Shown in pieces: positions 11,165 through 20,057 of a stretch of DNA of 64,000 nt. The notes under the pieces are model-generated. The model was not told where the DNA came from. It did no database searches and was given only the letters and a program-made list of their open reading frames with translations. The position numbers and the translations under genes were made by a program. Positions within the stretch are counted from its first letter, which is position 1. Each line of letters begins with the position of its first letter. Source of the stretch: an uncultured Acidobacteriota bacterium (GTDB lineage Bacteria > Acidobacteriota > UBA4820 > DSQY01); assembly GCA_963724125.1 (NCBI GenBank), contig CAVRTJ010000011.1, forward strand, positions 64,529 through 128,528, given 5' to 3'.

Positions 11165-11290
11165 TCAGCTGACGTAAGGACCCGAACCGCAACTGGGGCT
11201 TCCGCTTCCGGCTTTTGCACAGGATCCCGCCTTGGCCTCGATCTTTTCCTTGTAAACGACTGCGGGCTTCTCGTATTTCTTCTTCTTCAT
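11165..11290 (-). CDS. Candidate RiPP precursor peptide, 41 aa: MKKKKYEKPAVVYKEKIEAKAGSCAKAGSGSPSCGSGPYVS
   Basis: Not in the ORF track (too short). Reverse complement of 11165-11290 translates cleanly ATG to TGA. SD-like GGAGAGAGGGA sits 5 nt upstream of the ATG. It begins 54 nt downstream of the radical SAM/SPASM gene stop, in the same direction and frame. The N-terminal half is Lys-rich and leader-like. The C-terminal half is a Gly/Ser-rich core with two Cys. Confidence 0.55.
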   Translation of the reverse strand: MKKKKYEKPAVVYKEKIEAKAGSCAKAGSGSPSCGSGPYVS

Positions 11291-11344
11291 CAATCCCTCT
11301 CTCCAGGAGCCAGCATCTAATATACGGGGCGGCCGCTCATGGTG

Positions 11345-12457
11345 TCAACCATTTCTCCGTATGGGAACTAAGTTCACAGTGCTTCGCCCCGTCAAAGTCT
11401 TCTCGTCGTCCGCGACCCGTTTACGGATCTTCGCGATTCGGAGGTACTGCTCGTCGGGCCGCATGGGGTCGCCGTTCCTGAGCTGGGAGAGGCCCGGGCA
11501 GGAAAAGCAGAAAGCGTGATCGTCGACCGTCCTCTTGATGGCGGCCGGCAGGTTGCGGTTGACCTCTCGCACCTTCTCGAGGAGAGGGGAGTTCTGCCAG
11601 ATATCGGCGATCCTGTGGTCGCGCACGTTCCCGATGGACTCCTTCCACTGGGTGCACGGCTGGATGTCGCCGGTAGGGCGTGATGTGGATGGTGCCCGTG
11701 CCGACCGTGCAGTTGAATTGGCCCGGCTCACGCTCGAAGGGGGAATTGCCGATATCTAGTCCCGAGGCGCTGTAGAGACTGCCGGATGGTCTCATCGGAG
11801 GCCATGAGGTCGAGCGGGTACTCCTGACCGTCGTCCGAAATGGTCAGATACCGGGTCGAAAAAGACGGGAAAGTCGAACCGGTCGCCGATGGCCTTGATC
11901 TGTTCGAGCTGGTCTTCCACCAGCCGGGTGACCACGCACTTGAGGTAGACCCTTAGGTGCCGTTCCTTCAAGAGGGCCAGCGCCTTCATCTGGCGTTCGA
12001 AAGACCCCTTGGACTGGGTCAGCGCTTCGGCGGTTGCCGCGTCGGCCCCGTGCAGGGAGAGTTCGATGCAGTTGGGCGCCAGCTCTTCCAGCCGGTCGGC
12101 CACGCGCTCCGTGATCGATGCGCCGTTCGTGAATATCCTCAGGGCGAAGGATCGGTCCTTGGCGGCGTTTGCGATGTCCCAGAACCTTGGGTGGACAAGG
12201 GCCTCTCCGCCGGTCAGCGTGAGGTAGAGGACGCCCATGTCCCTGAGCTGGTCCATCACGTCCACGACCTCCTCGAAGGTCAGGGGAGGCGAGGCCGGTT
12301 CGGGCGGGGGGGCGATCCGGGCCTGGTTCTTCCGCTGGACCGGGTTGTAGCAGAAGCGGCAGGCCAGGTTGCAGGCGTAGGTCAGTTCGATGGAGGCGAA
12401 GATCGGATGGGCCTTGTGGATCGCCTTCCCGAAAAGTTCAGCCAGAGGTGAATCCAT
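11345..12457 (-). CDS. Radical SAM / SPASM-domain peptide-modifying enzyme (two frameshifts)
   Basis: N-terminus MDSPLAELF...IELTYACNLACRFCYNP (CxxxCxxC). Middle frame ...DIGNSPFEREPGQFNCTVGTGTIHITPY. Third frame ...GDIQPCTQWKESIGNVRDHRIADIWQNSPLLEKVREVN...HAFCFSCPG gives the SPASM auxiliary-cluster cysteines. Covered by ORFs 11792..12457, 11421..11795 and 11345..11731. Confidence 0.75.
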
Positions 12458-12459
12458 GC

Positions 12460-12732
12460 TCAGTCCGCATCCTTGAGGAGGGCTCCCGACGCAAGCATTT
12501 CGGCCACGAAGGTCCTGGCGTCGGCCAGCGCTTCATCGAAGGTAACCTCGTAGGTCTCCGCGATATTTCCCGCGATGTCTTCGAGCGCTTCTTCGGCGTG
12601 TTCCCAGACGAAGGTCCCGATCTCGTTCAGGACCTGCACTTCGCCTTCCCGGTTGAAAATGAGGACGGCCTGGCCTTCGATCGTGCGCCAGGACACGTCC
12701 GGGTTCCTCTTGAGCTTCAGGGGCTCATCCAT
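12460..12732 (-). CDS. PqqD-family peptide chaperone (RiPP recognition element)
   Basis: 90 aa: ...VSWRTIEGQAVLIFNREGEVQVLNEIGTFVWEHAEEALEDIAGNIAETYEVTFDEALADARTFVAEMLASGALL. Its stop ATGA-overlaps the rSAM start. Its start overlaps the upstream kinase stop. Confidence 0.75.
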   Translation of the reverse strand: MDEPLKLKRNPDVSWRTIEGQAVLIFNREGEVQVLNEIGTFVWEHAEEALEDIAGNIAETYEVTFDEALADARTFVAEMLASGALLKDAD

Positions 12733-13612
12733 TGCGGTCCTCCCGGTCTACGGCCCCCCAGAAGGAGGCCGCCTTGCGGAAGTATAACGTCTTCGGCGGG
12801 ACTGAGCGACAGCAGGCCTGGACGAGAGGCGCCAGCCTGTCGGCGCGGGCCGCCGGATCGGCGACAAAGGGGCAACAGGCCAATACCTGCACCATGGCCA
12901 CGGCAGGCGGCAGGCTCTCTACCCCGTCCTCCATCGCCTGGCTCAGTCTGTAAAGTCCCCTCAAGGGGTAGGTGCCGCGCTCTTTGATTCGCTGCGGAAA
13001 GCTTCCTGCAAAGGGCGTCGTGGACGCCAGCCAGCGTCCGGATTCCCGGGTGACGAGCACGAGATCGTCCGACAGGACGGCACAACCCGGGCTGAAGGCC
13101 ACAACCGTCGATTTGCCCGCTCCGGACGGGCCGAAGAAGAGGAAGGCCCGGCCGTCGCGGACGACGCCCGCGGCGTGCAGGACGAAGCCCCCGTAGTCGA
13201 GGGCCAGGTCGGCGATGATCCACCGGAGATAATTCTCCATGGCTCTCAGTGAGACCTTCGTGTCACAGGAGTGGGAGAGGCGGAGAAGGCCCTTCGCACC
13301 TTGCCGAAAGGCTGCGAAATCGTGCGAAAGCAGGCGCCTGCCTTCTCCCAAAGGGGTGTCCTCGAGACGTAAGAAATGATCTTCCGCGGGCTGGAGGTAG
13401 GAAGGCGCGCCGGCCGTTATGCGGACTGTGTGGAGCGGCGTGGCTTCGGACAGGAAAGGCCCGTATTGCTGGAGGGCGGCGTTGTGAATGGTCTCGTCGA
13501 GTCCCGCAAAACAAACGGCCAGGCGGCCTACCTCGACAACGAGGTTCAGGCCGCCCGGCGTGGAAAGGTCTTCCGCAAAGTGGTCGAGCGCGGGACGGTA
13601 GTCCACGGGCAA
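12725..13612 (-). CDS. HprK-related (HPr kinase C-terminal-like) P-loop kinase
   Basis: 295 aa with ...GGFVLHAAGVVRDGRAFLFFGPSGAGKSTVVAFSPGCAVLSDDLVLV..., a Walker A loop in the HprK_C-like arrangement. It is the first gene of the kinase-PqqD-rSAM-peptide unit. Confidence 0.55.
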   Translation of the reverse strand: MPVDYRPALDHFAEDLSTPGGLNLVVEVGRLAVCFAGLDETIHNAALQQYGPFLSEATPLHTVRITAGAPSYLQPAEDHFLRLEDTPLGEGRRLLSHDFAAFRQGAKGLLRLSHSCDTKVSLRAMENYLRWIIADLALDYGGFVLHAAGVVRDGRAFLFFGPSGAGKSTVVAFSPGCAVLSDDLVLVTRESGRWLASTTPFAGSFPQRIKERGTYPLRGLYRLSQAMEDGVESLPPAVAMVQVLACCPFVADPAARADRLAPLVQACCRSVPPKTLYFRKAASFWGAVDREDRNG

Positions 13613-13666
13613 TCGGTCTCCTGTGCCTGAGACAGGGCTCGAAGCCGTGTCTCAGAACGCGAGCGG

Positions 13667-14182
13667 CTACCTCTCCCGGATTCTCGGAGGACGTTGCAGG
13701 TCGGAGGTGGGGGGCGTCGCTCCGCCCTCGTGCTCCGATGCCGTCCTGGAATCCCCGGACGAGACCGCCACGAGATCGAGTTCGGGGAAGAAGAAGCCCA
13801 CTTCCCTCTGCGCGTTCTCAGGGCTGTCGGAACCGTGGATCGCGTTTCGCTGGATGTCCGTCCCGAACAAGCCGCGGACGGTGTCCGCAGGGGCCTTGGT
13901 CGAATCCGTGGGTCCCATGACTTCGCGCAAACGGGCCACCGCGTTTTCTCGCTCCAGACACGCGGCGACGATGGGCCCGGAGGTCATGAATGCGACCAAC
14001 TCGGCGAAAAAGGGCCTCTCCCTGTGAACCGCGTAGAAAGCTTGTGCCTGCTCAACCGTCAGGTGCAGCATCCGCAGGCCTCTCACGACGAAACCCTCGC
14101 CGAGCAGGTGTTGGAGCATGTGGCCGTATGCCTTGTTTTCCACGGCGTCGGGTTTGAATAGGGTCAAGGTCCTTTCGATCAT
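13667..14182 (-). CDS. ndk: Nucleoside diphosphate kinase (C-terminus extended about 30 aa, possibly by frameshift)
   Basis: MIERTLTLFKPDAVENKAYGHMLQHLLGEGFVVRGLRMLHLTVEQAQAFYAVHRERPFF...NAIHGSDSPENAQREVGFFFPELDLV. Confidence 0.85.
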   Translation of the reverse strand: MIERTLTLFKPDAVENKAYGHMLQHLLGEGFVVRGLRMLHLTVEQAQAFYAVHRERPFFAELVAFMTSGPIVAACLERENAVARLREVMGPTDSTKAPADTVRGLFGTDIQRNAIHGSDSPENAQREVGFFFPELDLVAVSSGDSRTASEHEGGATPPTSDLQRPPRIRER

Positions 14183-14195
14183 GATTCGTCGGTCC

Positions 14196-14765
14196 TCACT
14201 TTCCCAGGAGCGCGGCCCCGTATTCGTGCGCCGCTTCTCGGCCGAGCCGCAGGGCCTTCTTGTTCAGTTCCTCGGTGCCCTTCGGGACCCTGCCCATGAC
14301 GGCCTTTTCGAGGGCCTCCGGGGAAACCACCGTGGTGAGTTCGCATATCAGGCCCAGGGCGACGATGTTGGCCACGAACTCTCTTCCCACCTCCTCGCGG
14401 GCGATGCGGGTGATGGGGGCCTTCACGAAACGCAGGCCTTCGGGCATTTCCGTGGGCACGAGGTCGCTGTCGGCGATCACGAGCGCCGATTTCGGCACGT
14501 CCTTGAGATACTTCGCGGCCGCTGCTTCGGTCATCAGAAGCATGAGGTCGATCTTGGTCGCCTTGGGGTAGTCGATCTCTTCGTCCGACAGGATGATCTC
14601 GCTCTTGCTCGCGCCGCCGCGGGATTCGGGCCCGTACGACTGGCTCTGCACGGCGTTCTTGCCTTCGAAAATGGCAGCCTCCGCCAGGATGACGCCGCCG
14701 AGCACGAGACCCTGTCCGCCGGATCCCGCCAATCTTATTTCATATCGCTTGCCCATGAGTACCAC
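14196..14765 (-). CDS. korC: 2-oxoacid:ferredoxin oxidoreductase gamma subunit
   Basis: 189 aa: ...EIRLAGSGGQGLVLGGVILAEAAIFEGKNAVQSQSYGPESRGGASKSEI.... Confidence 0.8.
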   Translation of the reverse strand: MVLMGKRYEIRLAGSGGQGLVLGGVILAEAAIFEGKNAVQSQSYGPESRGGASKSEIILSDEEIDYPKATKIDLMLLMTEAAAAKYLKDVPKSALVIADSDLVPTEMPEGLRFVKAPITRIAREEVGREFVANIVALGLICELTTVVSPEALEKAVMGRVPKGTEELNKKALRLGREAAHEYGAALLGK

Positions 14766-14876
14766 TCCTTAGTCAGCTCCTTACCCTGCGTCGGCATGCG
14801 TGACGCCTGGACAGGCAAGTCCGAGGCGTCCACGCGCTTTCCGCACGGTCCCGCTTGAGCGGGATGGCCGGGTTGC

Positions 14877-15716
14877 TCACACGTTGGCCGCGGCCTTGGT
14901 CTCCTGCGGGCGAACGCGCTCGATCAGCTTGTCGTACTCCTCGCAGAACTCGGGGCGCGTAGCCTGGTAGAGAACACCCACGGGATACTTGCCCTCTTTC
15001 TCCTCCTCGGAGAGTTTATCGGAAAGCCGCACGTTGTAGGTCATGCCCTTGTAGCGCTGCATCATGTCCGTGGCGTCCCCCCACTTGTTCTGGCGTCCGA
15101 AGTACGTCGTGCACTGGGACCAGGCGTCCACGACGGAGAATCCCTTGTTCTTGAGGGAAGCGAGGATGACGCGGTCCATGGCCACGGCGTCCATGTCGAG
15201 AGCACGTCCCACGAAGGTGGCGCCGGCGCCCTGGGCGAGCCCGCACACGTCGAAAGGTCGTTCGATCGCGCCGTAAGGTGCAGTCGTTCCGCGGGAGCCC
15301 GTGAAGGTCGTGGGCGACGCCTGTCCGCCCGTCATGCCGTAGATGTTGTTGTTGAAGACGATCAGGCTGATCTCGATGTTGCGCCTGCAGGCGTGGATGA
15401 AGTGGTTCCCGCCGATGGCCATGGCGTCGCCGTCGCCGGACACGACGATCACGTGGAGCTTCGGGTTGGCGACCTTGACGCCCGTGGCGAAGGGGAGCGC
15501 GCGCCCGTGGGTCGTGTGGAGCGTGTTGAAATCCAGGTAACCCGGCGTGCGGCTGGAGCAGCCGATGCCGCTCACGACGACCACGTCGTCCTTGTTCCAC
15601 TGGAGCTTATCGATGGCGCGCAGGATGGACTTCATGATGGTGCCGTGGCCGCAGCCGGGGCACCAGATGTGCGGCATCTTGTCCTTGCGCAGGTATTCGA
15701 AATAATCCATGGACAT
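14877..15716 (-). CDS. korB: 2-oxoacid:ferredoxin oxidoreductase beta subunit (TPP-binding)
   Basis: ...IWCPGCGHGTI...VVVSGIGCSSR...VSGDGDAMAIGGNHFIHACRRN.... Confidence 0.85.
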   Translation of the reverse strand: MSMDYFEYLRKDKMPHIWCPGCGHGTIMKSILRAIDKLQWNKDDVVVVSGIGCSSRTPGYLDFNTLHTTHGRALPFATGVKVANPKLHVIVVSGDGDAMAIGGNHFIHACRRNIEISLIVFNNNIYGMTGGQASPTTFTGSRGTTAPYGAIERPFDVCGLAQGAGATFVGRALDMDAVAMDRVILASLKNKGFSVVDAWSQCTTYFGRQNKWGDATDMMQRYKGMTYNVRLSDKLSEEEKEGKYPVGVLYQATRPEFCEEYDKLIERVRPQETKAAANV

Positions 15717-15719
15717 GGC

Positions 15720-16856
15720 TCAGTCTCCCATTATGGCGGAGAGGATGAGAGAAGGCTGGATGGGCTCGCCGTTGACCCTGTTCAGGCCTTCGACGGGAAT
15801 GGCCTTCCCGAGCACCCGTTCCACTTCGAGCTTGTATTGGCCGAGGTTCATTTCCGGCACGATGACCTTCTTGGCGTGCGCCGCCGCCGCCAGGATCTGC
15901 TTCTCGGGCAGAGGGAAGAGCGTGATCGGCCTGAAGAGTCCGGCCTTGACGCCTTTTTCCCGCGCTTCTTCGACGGCCCTCTTGGCGGAGCGTGACGTCG
16001 AGCCGTAGGCCACGACCAGCACTTCCGCGTCGTCGGTCCGGTGGTTCTCGACGAGTGTCAGTTCGTCGATGTGCTTGTCGACCTTGTCCAGCAGGCGACG
16101 GTTTCCCGACTCCAGGAGTTCGGGATTGCCCGTCGGGAAACCGGTCTTGTCGTGGTTGAGGCCCGTGACGTGGAAACGGGCGCCCTCGCCGTAATTCATC
16201 ATGGGCGGGATGAGATTCTCGGTTGTCTCGTAAGGATAGTAGGTGTCGCCGGGCTTGAAGGAAGGCTTGTGCCTGTTCTCGATCTTGATCTCGGAGGCCG
16301 GCGGGATCACCAGCTTCTCGCGCATGTGCGCGACGACCTCGTCGATGGCCAGAACCACGCACGTGCGCATCTTTTCCGCGAAGTTGAAGGCGTGCACCGT
16401 CGTGTCGAAGACCTCCCTGATCGTCGCGGGCGACAACACCACGGCCGGATGGTCGCCGTGCGTCCCCCAGCGCGTCTGGAGCACATCAGACTGGGATGGT
16501 CCCGTCGGGTTACCCGTGGATGGTCCGCCGCGCATGACGTTGACCACCACGCAAGGCACTTCGGCCATCATGGCGAAACCGATGTTCTCCTGCATGAGGG
16601 AGAATCCCGGTCCGGACGTGGCGGTCATGGCCTTCTGTCCCGCCAGGCTGGCGCCGATGATTGCGCCGATGGAGGCCAGTTCGTCCTCCATCTGAATGAA
16701 CTTGCCGCCCAGTTTCGGAAGGCGCCCGGACATCTTCTCGGCGATTTCAGAAGAGGGAGAGATGGGGTAGCCGGCGAAGAAACGGCAGCCGACTGCAAGC
16801 GCGCCCTCTACGCAGGCTTCGTTTCCTGCAAGGAACTTGATATTGGGGGTTGTCAT
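15720..16856 (-). CDS. korA: 2-oxoacid:ferredoxin oxidoreductase alpha subunit
   Basis: 378 aa: ...GNEACVEGALAVGCRFFAGYPISPSSEIAE...TATSGPGFSLMQENIGFAMMAEVPCVVVNVMRGGPSTG.... Confidence 0.85.
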   Translation of the reverse strand: MTTPNIKFLAGNEACVEGALAVGCRFFAGYPISPSSEIAEKMSGRLPKLGGKFIQMEDELASIGAIIGASLAGQKAMTATSGPGFSLMQENIGFAMMAEVPCVVVNVMRGGPSTGNPTGPSQSDVLQTRWGTHGDHPAVVLSPATIREVFDTTVHAFNFAEKMRTCVVLAIDEVVAHMREKLVIPPASEIKIENRHKPSFKPGDTYYPYETTENLIPPMMNYGEGARFHVTGLNHDKTGFPTGNPELLESGNRRLLDKVDKHIDELTLVENHRTDDAEVLVVAYGSTSRSAKRAVEEAREKGVKAGLFRPITLFPLPEKQILAAAAHAKKVIVPEMNLGQYKLEVERVLGKAIPVEGLNRVNGEPIQPSLILSAIMGD

Positions 16857-16867
16857 GGTTTTAATCC

Positions 16868-17179
16868 TCAGTCAACAAATATGGCGAAATCGGGACACCG
16901 GATCTCGCAGAGCATGCACTTGGTACAGGCGTCGGCGTCCACCACCTCGGCGTGGCGAAAGCCCATGCCCAGGACCTTTTCGGGGCATAGCGCGACGCAG
17001 ATATTGCAAAGGCTGCCTTTGCAGTGGCCGGGGATGACTGTAATCTGGAGGTCCTTCTTGACCTTTCGGCCGTGGCCGGATACGGCAATTTTGTCCTTGT
17101 GGATATCCTTGAGGCGCGGCGAGCCGACATCGGCCCCCTCCTCCAGGGTGCCGCTGTGGCGTTCGAGAGTGGTTGGCAT
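16868..17179 (-). CDS. korD: 2-oxoacid:ferredoxin oxidoreductase delta subunit (2x[4Fe-4S] ferredoxin)
   Basis: Two CxxCxxCxxxCP motifs (CKGSLCNICVALCP, CTKCMLCEIRCP). The D-A-B-C gene order matches OorDABC/KorDABC, and sucCD is adjacent. That favours 2-oxoglutarate as substrate, with pyruvate not excluded. Confidence 0.7.
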   Translation of the reverse strand: MPTTLERHSGTLEEGADVGSPRLKDIHKDKIAVSGHGRKVKKDLQITVIPGHCKGSLCNICVALCPEKVLGMGFRHAEVVDADACTKCMLCEIRCPDFAIFVD

Positions 17180-17239
17180 GGTCTATCTCCTCACTGTGGG
17201 CCGCATGCGTCCGGCTGGGCCCCGGAGCCGTTTGGAACG

Positions 17240-17272
17240 TAAACAGGGTGGGTAACCGCAGCTACCCACCCC
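17240..17272 (-). terminator. Putative intrinsic terminator between sucD and korD
   Basis: Minus strand reads GGGTGGGTA-GCTGCGGT-TACCCACCC (9-bp perfect stem) followed by UGUUUACGUU. Moderate support; the U-tract is short. Confidence 0.35.
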
Positions 17273-17306
17273 AAGGTTCCTAAATATAACTCCCGTCCTT
17301 GATTTT

Positions 17307-18182
17307 TCAAGCTTTCAGGGCCTTCTGCATGGCGTCGCCGATCTCGGTGGGCGATTTGACCACGGTTGCGCCGGCCTCGGCCAGGGCGGCCATCTTTTCG
17401 GCGGCCGTGCCCTTGCCGCCGGCGATGATGGCGCCGGCGTGGCCCATGCGGCGTCCCGGAGGCGCCGTCTGCCCGGCGATGAAGGCCACCACCGGTTTCG
17501 TCATCGTGTTCTTGATGTAGGCCGCGGCCTCCTCCTCTGACGTACCGCCGATCTCGCCGATGAGGACAACGCCTTCGGTGGCCGGGTCGGCGTTGAAGAG
17601 TTCGAGCGCGTCCACGTGGGTCGTTCCCGGGACGGGATCGCCGCCGATTCCGATGCATGTGGTTTCGCCGAGGCCGGACTCGGTCAACTGCCACACGGCC
17701 TCGTAGGTGAGGGTGCCGGAGCGGGAGATGACGCCCACGCGCCCGGGCTTGTGGATGTAGCCGGGCATGATGCCCATCTTGCATTCTCCTGGCGTGATGA
17801 TGCCGGGGCAGTTCGGCCCGATGAGGCGGGTCTTCGTCCCGCACAGGGCTGCTTTCACGCGGGCCTCGTCTTTGGCCGGAATTCCCTCGGTGATGCAGAC
17901 CACCGTGCCGACGCCGGCCGCGGCCGCCTCCAGGATCGCATCCGCCGCGAAGGGCGGCGGGACGAAAATGAGGGCGGCATCGACGCCCTGCTGTTTGACC
18001 GCCTCCGCGACCGTATCGTAAACGGGGACCTTGTCGTCCCAGGACGTTCCGCCCTTTCCGGGCGTGACGCCGGCCACGATCTTGGTTCCATATTCCAGGC
18101 ACTGGCGGGCGTGGAAGGAGCCTTCCTTGCCTGTGATTCCCTGGACCACAACGCGTGTCTCTTTATTAACAAGTATGCTCAT
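17307..18182 (-). CDS. sucD: Succinyl-CoA synthetase alpha subunit
   Basis: [27 protein letters not shown]...[14 protein letters not shown]...GIGGDP.... Confidence 0.9.
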   Translation of the reverse strand: MSILVNKETRVVVQGITGKEGSFHARQCLEYGTKIVAGVTPGKGGTSWDDKVPVYDTVAEAVKQQGVDAALIFVPPPFAADAILEAAAAGVGTVVCITEGIPAKDEARVKAALCGTKTRLIGPNCPGIITPGECKMGIMPGYIHKPGRVGVISRSGTLTYEAVWQLTESGLGETTCIGIGGDPVPGTTHVDALELFNADPATEGVVLIGEIGGTSEEEAAAYIKNTMTKPVVAFIAGQTAPPGRRMGHAGAIIAGGKGTAAEKMAALAEAGATVVKSPTEIGDAMQKALKA

Positions 18183-18189
18183 GACGCCC

Positions 18190-19368
18190 TCACTTTACGG
18201 AGGCCACGGCCATCTGAGCCGCTTCCTTCAGGTTGTTGGCCACGGCGAACTCCAAGCCGGAGTCCCTGAGCATGGCCTTTCCTTTGTCCACGTTGGTCCC
18301 CTGCAGGCGGACCACGACGGGCAGGCTCACGCCGATTTCCTTTGCGGCGGCGATGACGCCCTCGGCGATTACGTCGCAGCGCACGATGCCGCCGAAGATG
18401 TTGATCAGAACCGCCTTGACGTGCTTATCCGAAAGGAGGATCTCGAAGGCGTGCTTCACGCGTTCGGTAGTGGCGCCGCCGCCCACGTCCAGGAAGTTGG
18501 CGGGCTCGCCGCCTTCGAGTTTGATGACGTCCATGGTGGCCATCGCAAGACCGGCGCCGTTGACCATGCAACCGATGTTGCCGTCGAGGCGGATGTAGTT
18601 GAGGTCGAACTTGCTGGCCTCGGTCTCCAGGGGGTCTTCCTCGGAAAGGTCCCGCATCTCGAGGACGTCGGGATGCCTGTGCATGGCGCTGTCGTCGAAG
18701 TTCATCTTTGCGTCGAGCGCCAGGACGTGGCCGTCGTCCGAGAGGATGAGGGGGTTGATTTCCGTGAGGGTGGCGTCCGTTTCCTCGTGGGCTTTGTACA
18801 GCGCCATGACCAGCTTGACGCACTCCTTGAAGGCCTGGCCCTTAAAGCCGAGTCCGAAGGCGACCTGCCTGGCGTGGAAAGGTTGGATGCCCAGCAGGGG
18901 GTCGACCCACACCTTCAGGATCTTCTCGGGTGTCTCTGCGGCGACCTTCTCGATCTCGACACCGCCCTCGGTGGAAAACATGATCGCGTTGCTCTGTTTC
19001 GACCGGTCGAGTACGATCCCCAGGTAGTATTCCTTGGCGATGGTGCTTGCTTCGGTGACGTAGACCTTCTGGACTTCCTTGCCCTCCGGGCCGGTCTGGT
19101 GGGTCACGAGGGTGTTGCCGAGCATCTTCTTTGCGAACTCGGCGGCCTCGTCCGCCGTCGGGGCGAGCTTCACACCGCCCTTGAAGCCGTCGGTGAATGT
19201 ACCCTTGCCCCGGCCTCCGGCGTGGATCTGGGCCTTGATGACCACCGTCCCGCCAAGTTCCTTGGCGATCGCGTAGGCCTGCTCCGCCGAGAAGGCGACC
19301 TTCCCCCGCGGCACGGCTACGCCGTAGCGAGTGAGTATTTCCTTGGCCTGATATTCGTGAACTTTCAC
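18190..19368 (-). CDS. sucC: Succinyl-CoA synthetase beta subunit (GTG start; the 623-aa track ORF has a spurious N-terminal extension)
   Basis: AGGAGACTTACA-GTG-AAAGTTCACGAATATCAG gives (M)[21 protein letters not shown]..., ending ...AQMAVASVK. Confidence 0.85.
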   Translation of the reverse strand: MKVHEYQAKEILTRYGVAVPRGKVAFSAEQAYAIAKELGGTVVIKAQIHAGGRGKGTFTDGFKGGVKLAPTADEAAEFAKKMLGNTLVTHQTGPEGKEVQKVYVTEASTIAKEYYLGIVLDRSKQSNAIMFSTEGGVEIEKVAAETPEKILKVWVDPLLGIQPFHARQVAFGLGFKGQAFKECVKLVMALYKAHEETDATLTEINPLILSDDGHVLALDAKMNFDDSAMHRHPDVLEMRDLSEEDPLETEASKFDLNYIRLDGNIGCMVNGAGLAMATMDVIKLEGGEPANFLDVGGGATTERVKHAFEILLSDKHVKAVLINIFGGIVRCDVIAEGVIAAAKEIGVSLPVVVRLQGTNVDKGKAMLRDSGLEFAVANNLKEAAQMAVASVK

Positions 19369-19653
19369 TGTAAGTCTCCTGAAAAACAGCCAGTTGGAAG
19401 TGTTAGTGGGAACCCCCTGTAAAAAGGTCAAAAGTATTTCACAATCACGGGGTTGTGTCAATGAGACGGGATCGGTAATTGCGTGCTTTCTGCGTGCGCC
19501 CCACGGCGCTAAAATCTGCTTCGAGAACCGGGGTTCCTCACGCTGCGGCCCACCGGCCGGCATCGCCGGCATCTTCCTGATTGCCGTCTGCGGCCTTCCC
19601 AGATCGGCGAGCTCGAACTCCTGTCTCTGAACGGCCCCTACCAGCTTAACAGG

Positions 19654-20055
19654 GTGGCCGGCTTTCTGGGCGTGAGCGGGCCGGCCGCGACGAAGGCCGT
19701 CGACAAGCTGGAAAGGCTCGGCCTCGTGGTTTGTTCGTTTCAGATCGGGGACCGCCGCGTGGTCCTGCTTTCCTTGACCGTCGAAGGGCTGCGGCTCGTG
19801 CTCGACAACGAAGAACGCCAGGCGGTGCTCAATATGTACGCGCTCGAGGGATACGACAGCACGGAGATCGAGGCCTTTGCGAACCTGCTGGAGCAGGACC
19901 CTTGGCGATCTTTGGCGGCCTGGCGAGAAAAAGCCCCGTCGTTCGGGGAATCGCAGGATTTTAGGAAATACACTACCTACCGAAGTGCAATCCTCCGTTT
20001 CACGACCCTTCAGGCCCTCCCGCGAGAATTCTGGCCATCGCAGCGGAAAATATAG
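19654..20055 (+). CDS. MarR-family transcriptional regulator (N-terminus uncertain; the in-frame upstream sequence looks MarR-like, suggesting a frameshift near 19560-19600)
   Basis: ...GFLGVSGPAATKAVDKLERLGLVV...DRRVVLLSLTVEGLRL.... The upstream in-frame run ...RPSQIGELELLSLNGPYQLNRVA also reads as MarR helix alpha1-2 but has no start codon. Confidence 0.6.
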   Translation: MAGFLGVSGPAATKAVDKLERLGLVVCSFQIGDRRVVLLSLTVEGLRLVLDNEERQAVLNMYALEGYDSTEIEAFANLLEQDPWRSLAAWREKAPSFGESQDFRKYTTYRSAILRFTTLQALPREFWPSQRKI

Positions 20056-20057
20056 GG

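Noticed and set aside
13613-13666. Possible hairpin terminator between ndk and the kinase gene (TGAGACAG…CTGTCTCA)
   Set aside because: The 7-bp stem has a 13-nt loop and no U-tract. It is more likely coincidental, and the genes are probably co-transcribed.
15016-15600. Long Arg/Pro/Gly-rich alternative-frame ORFs overlapping real genes (for example 15016..15600, 17191..18102, 50167..51492, 45578..46594, 56149..56805)
   Set aside because: These are typical high-GC off-frame artefacts: low complexity, fully overlapped by well-supported genes on the same or opposite strand.
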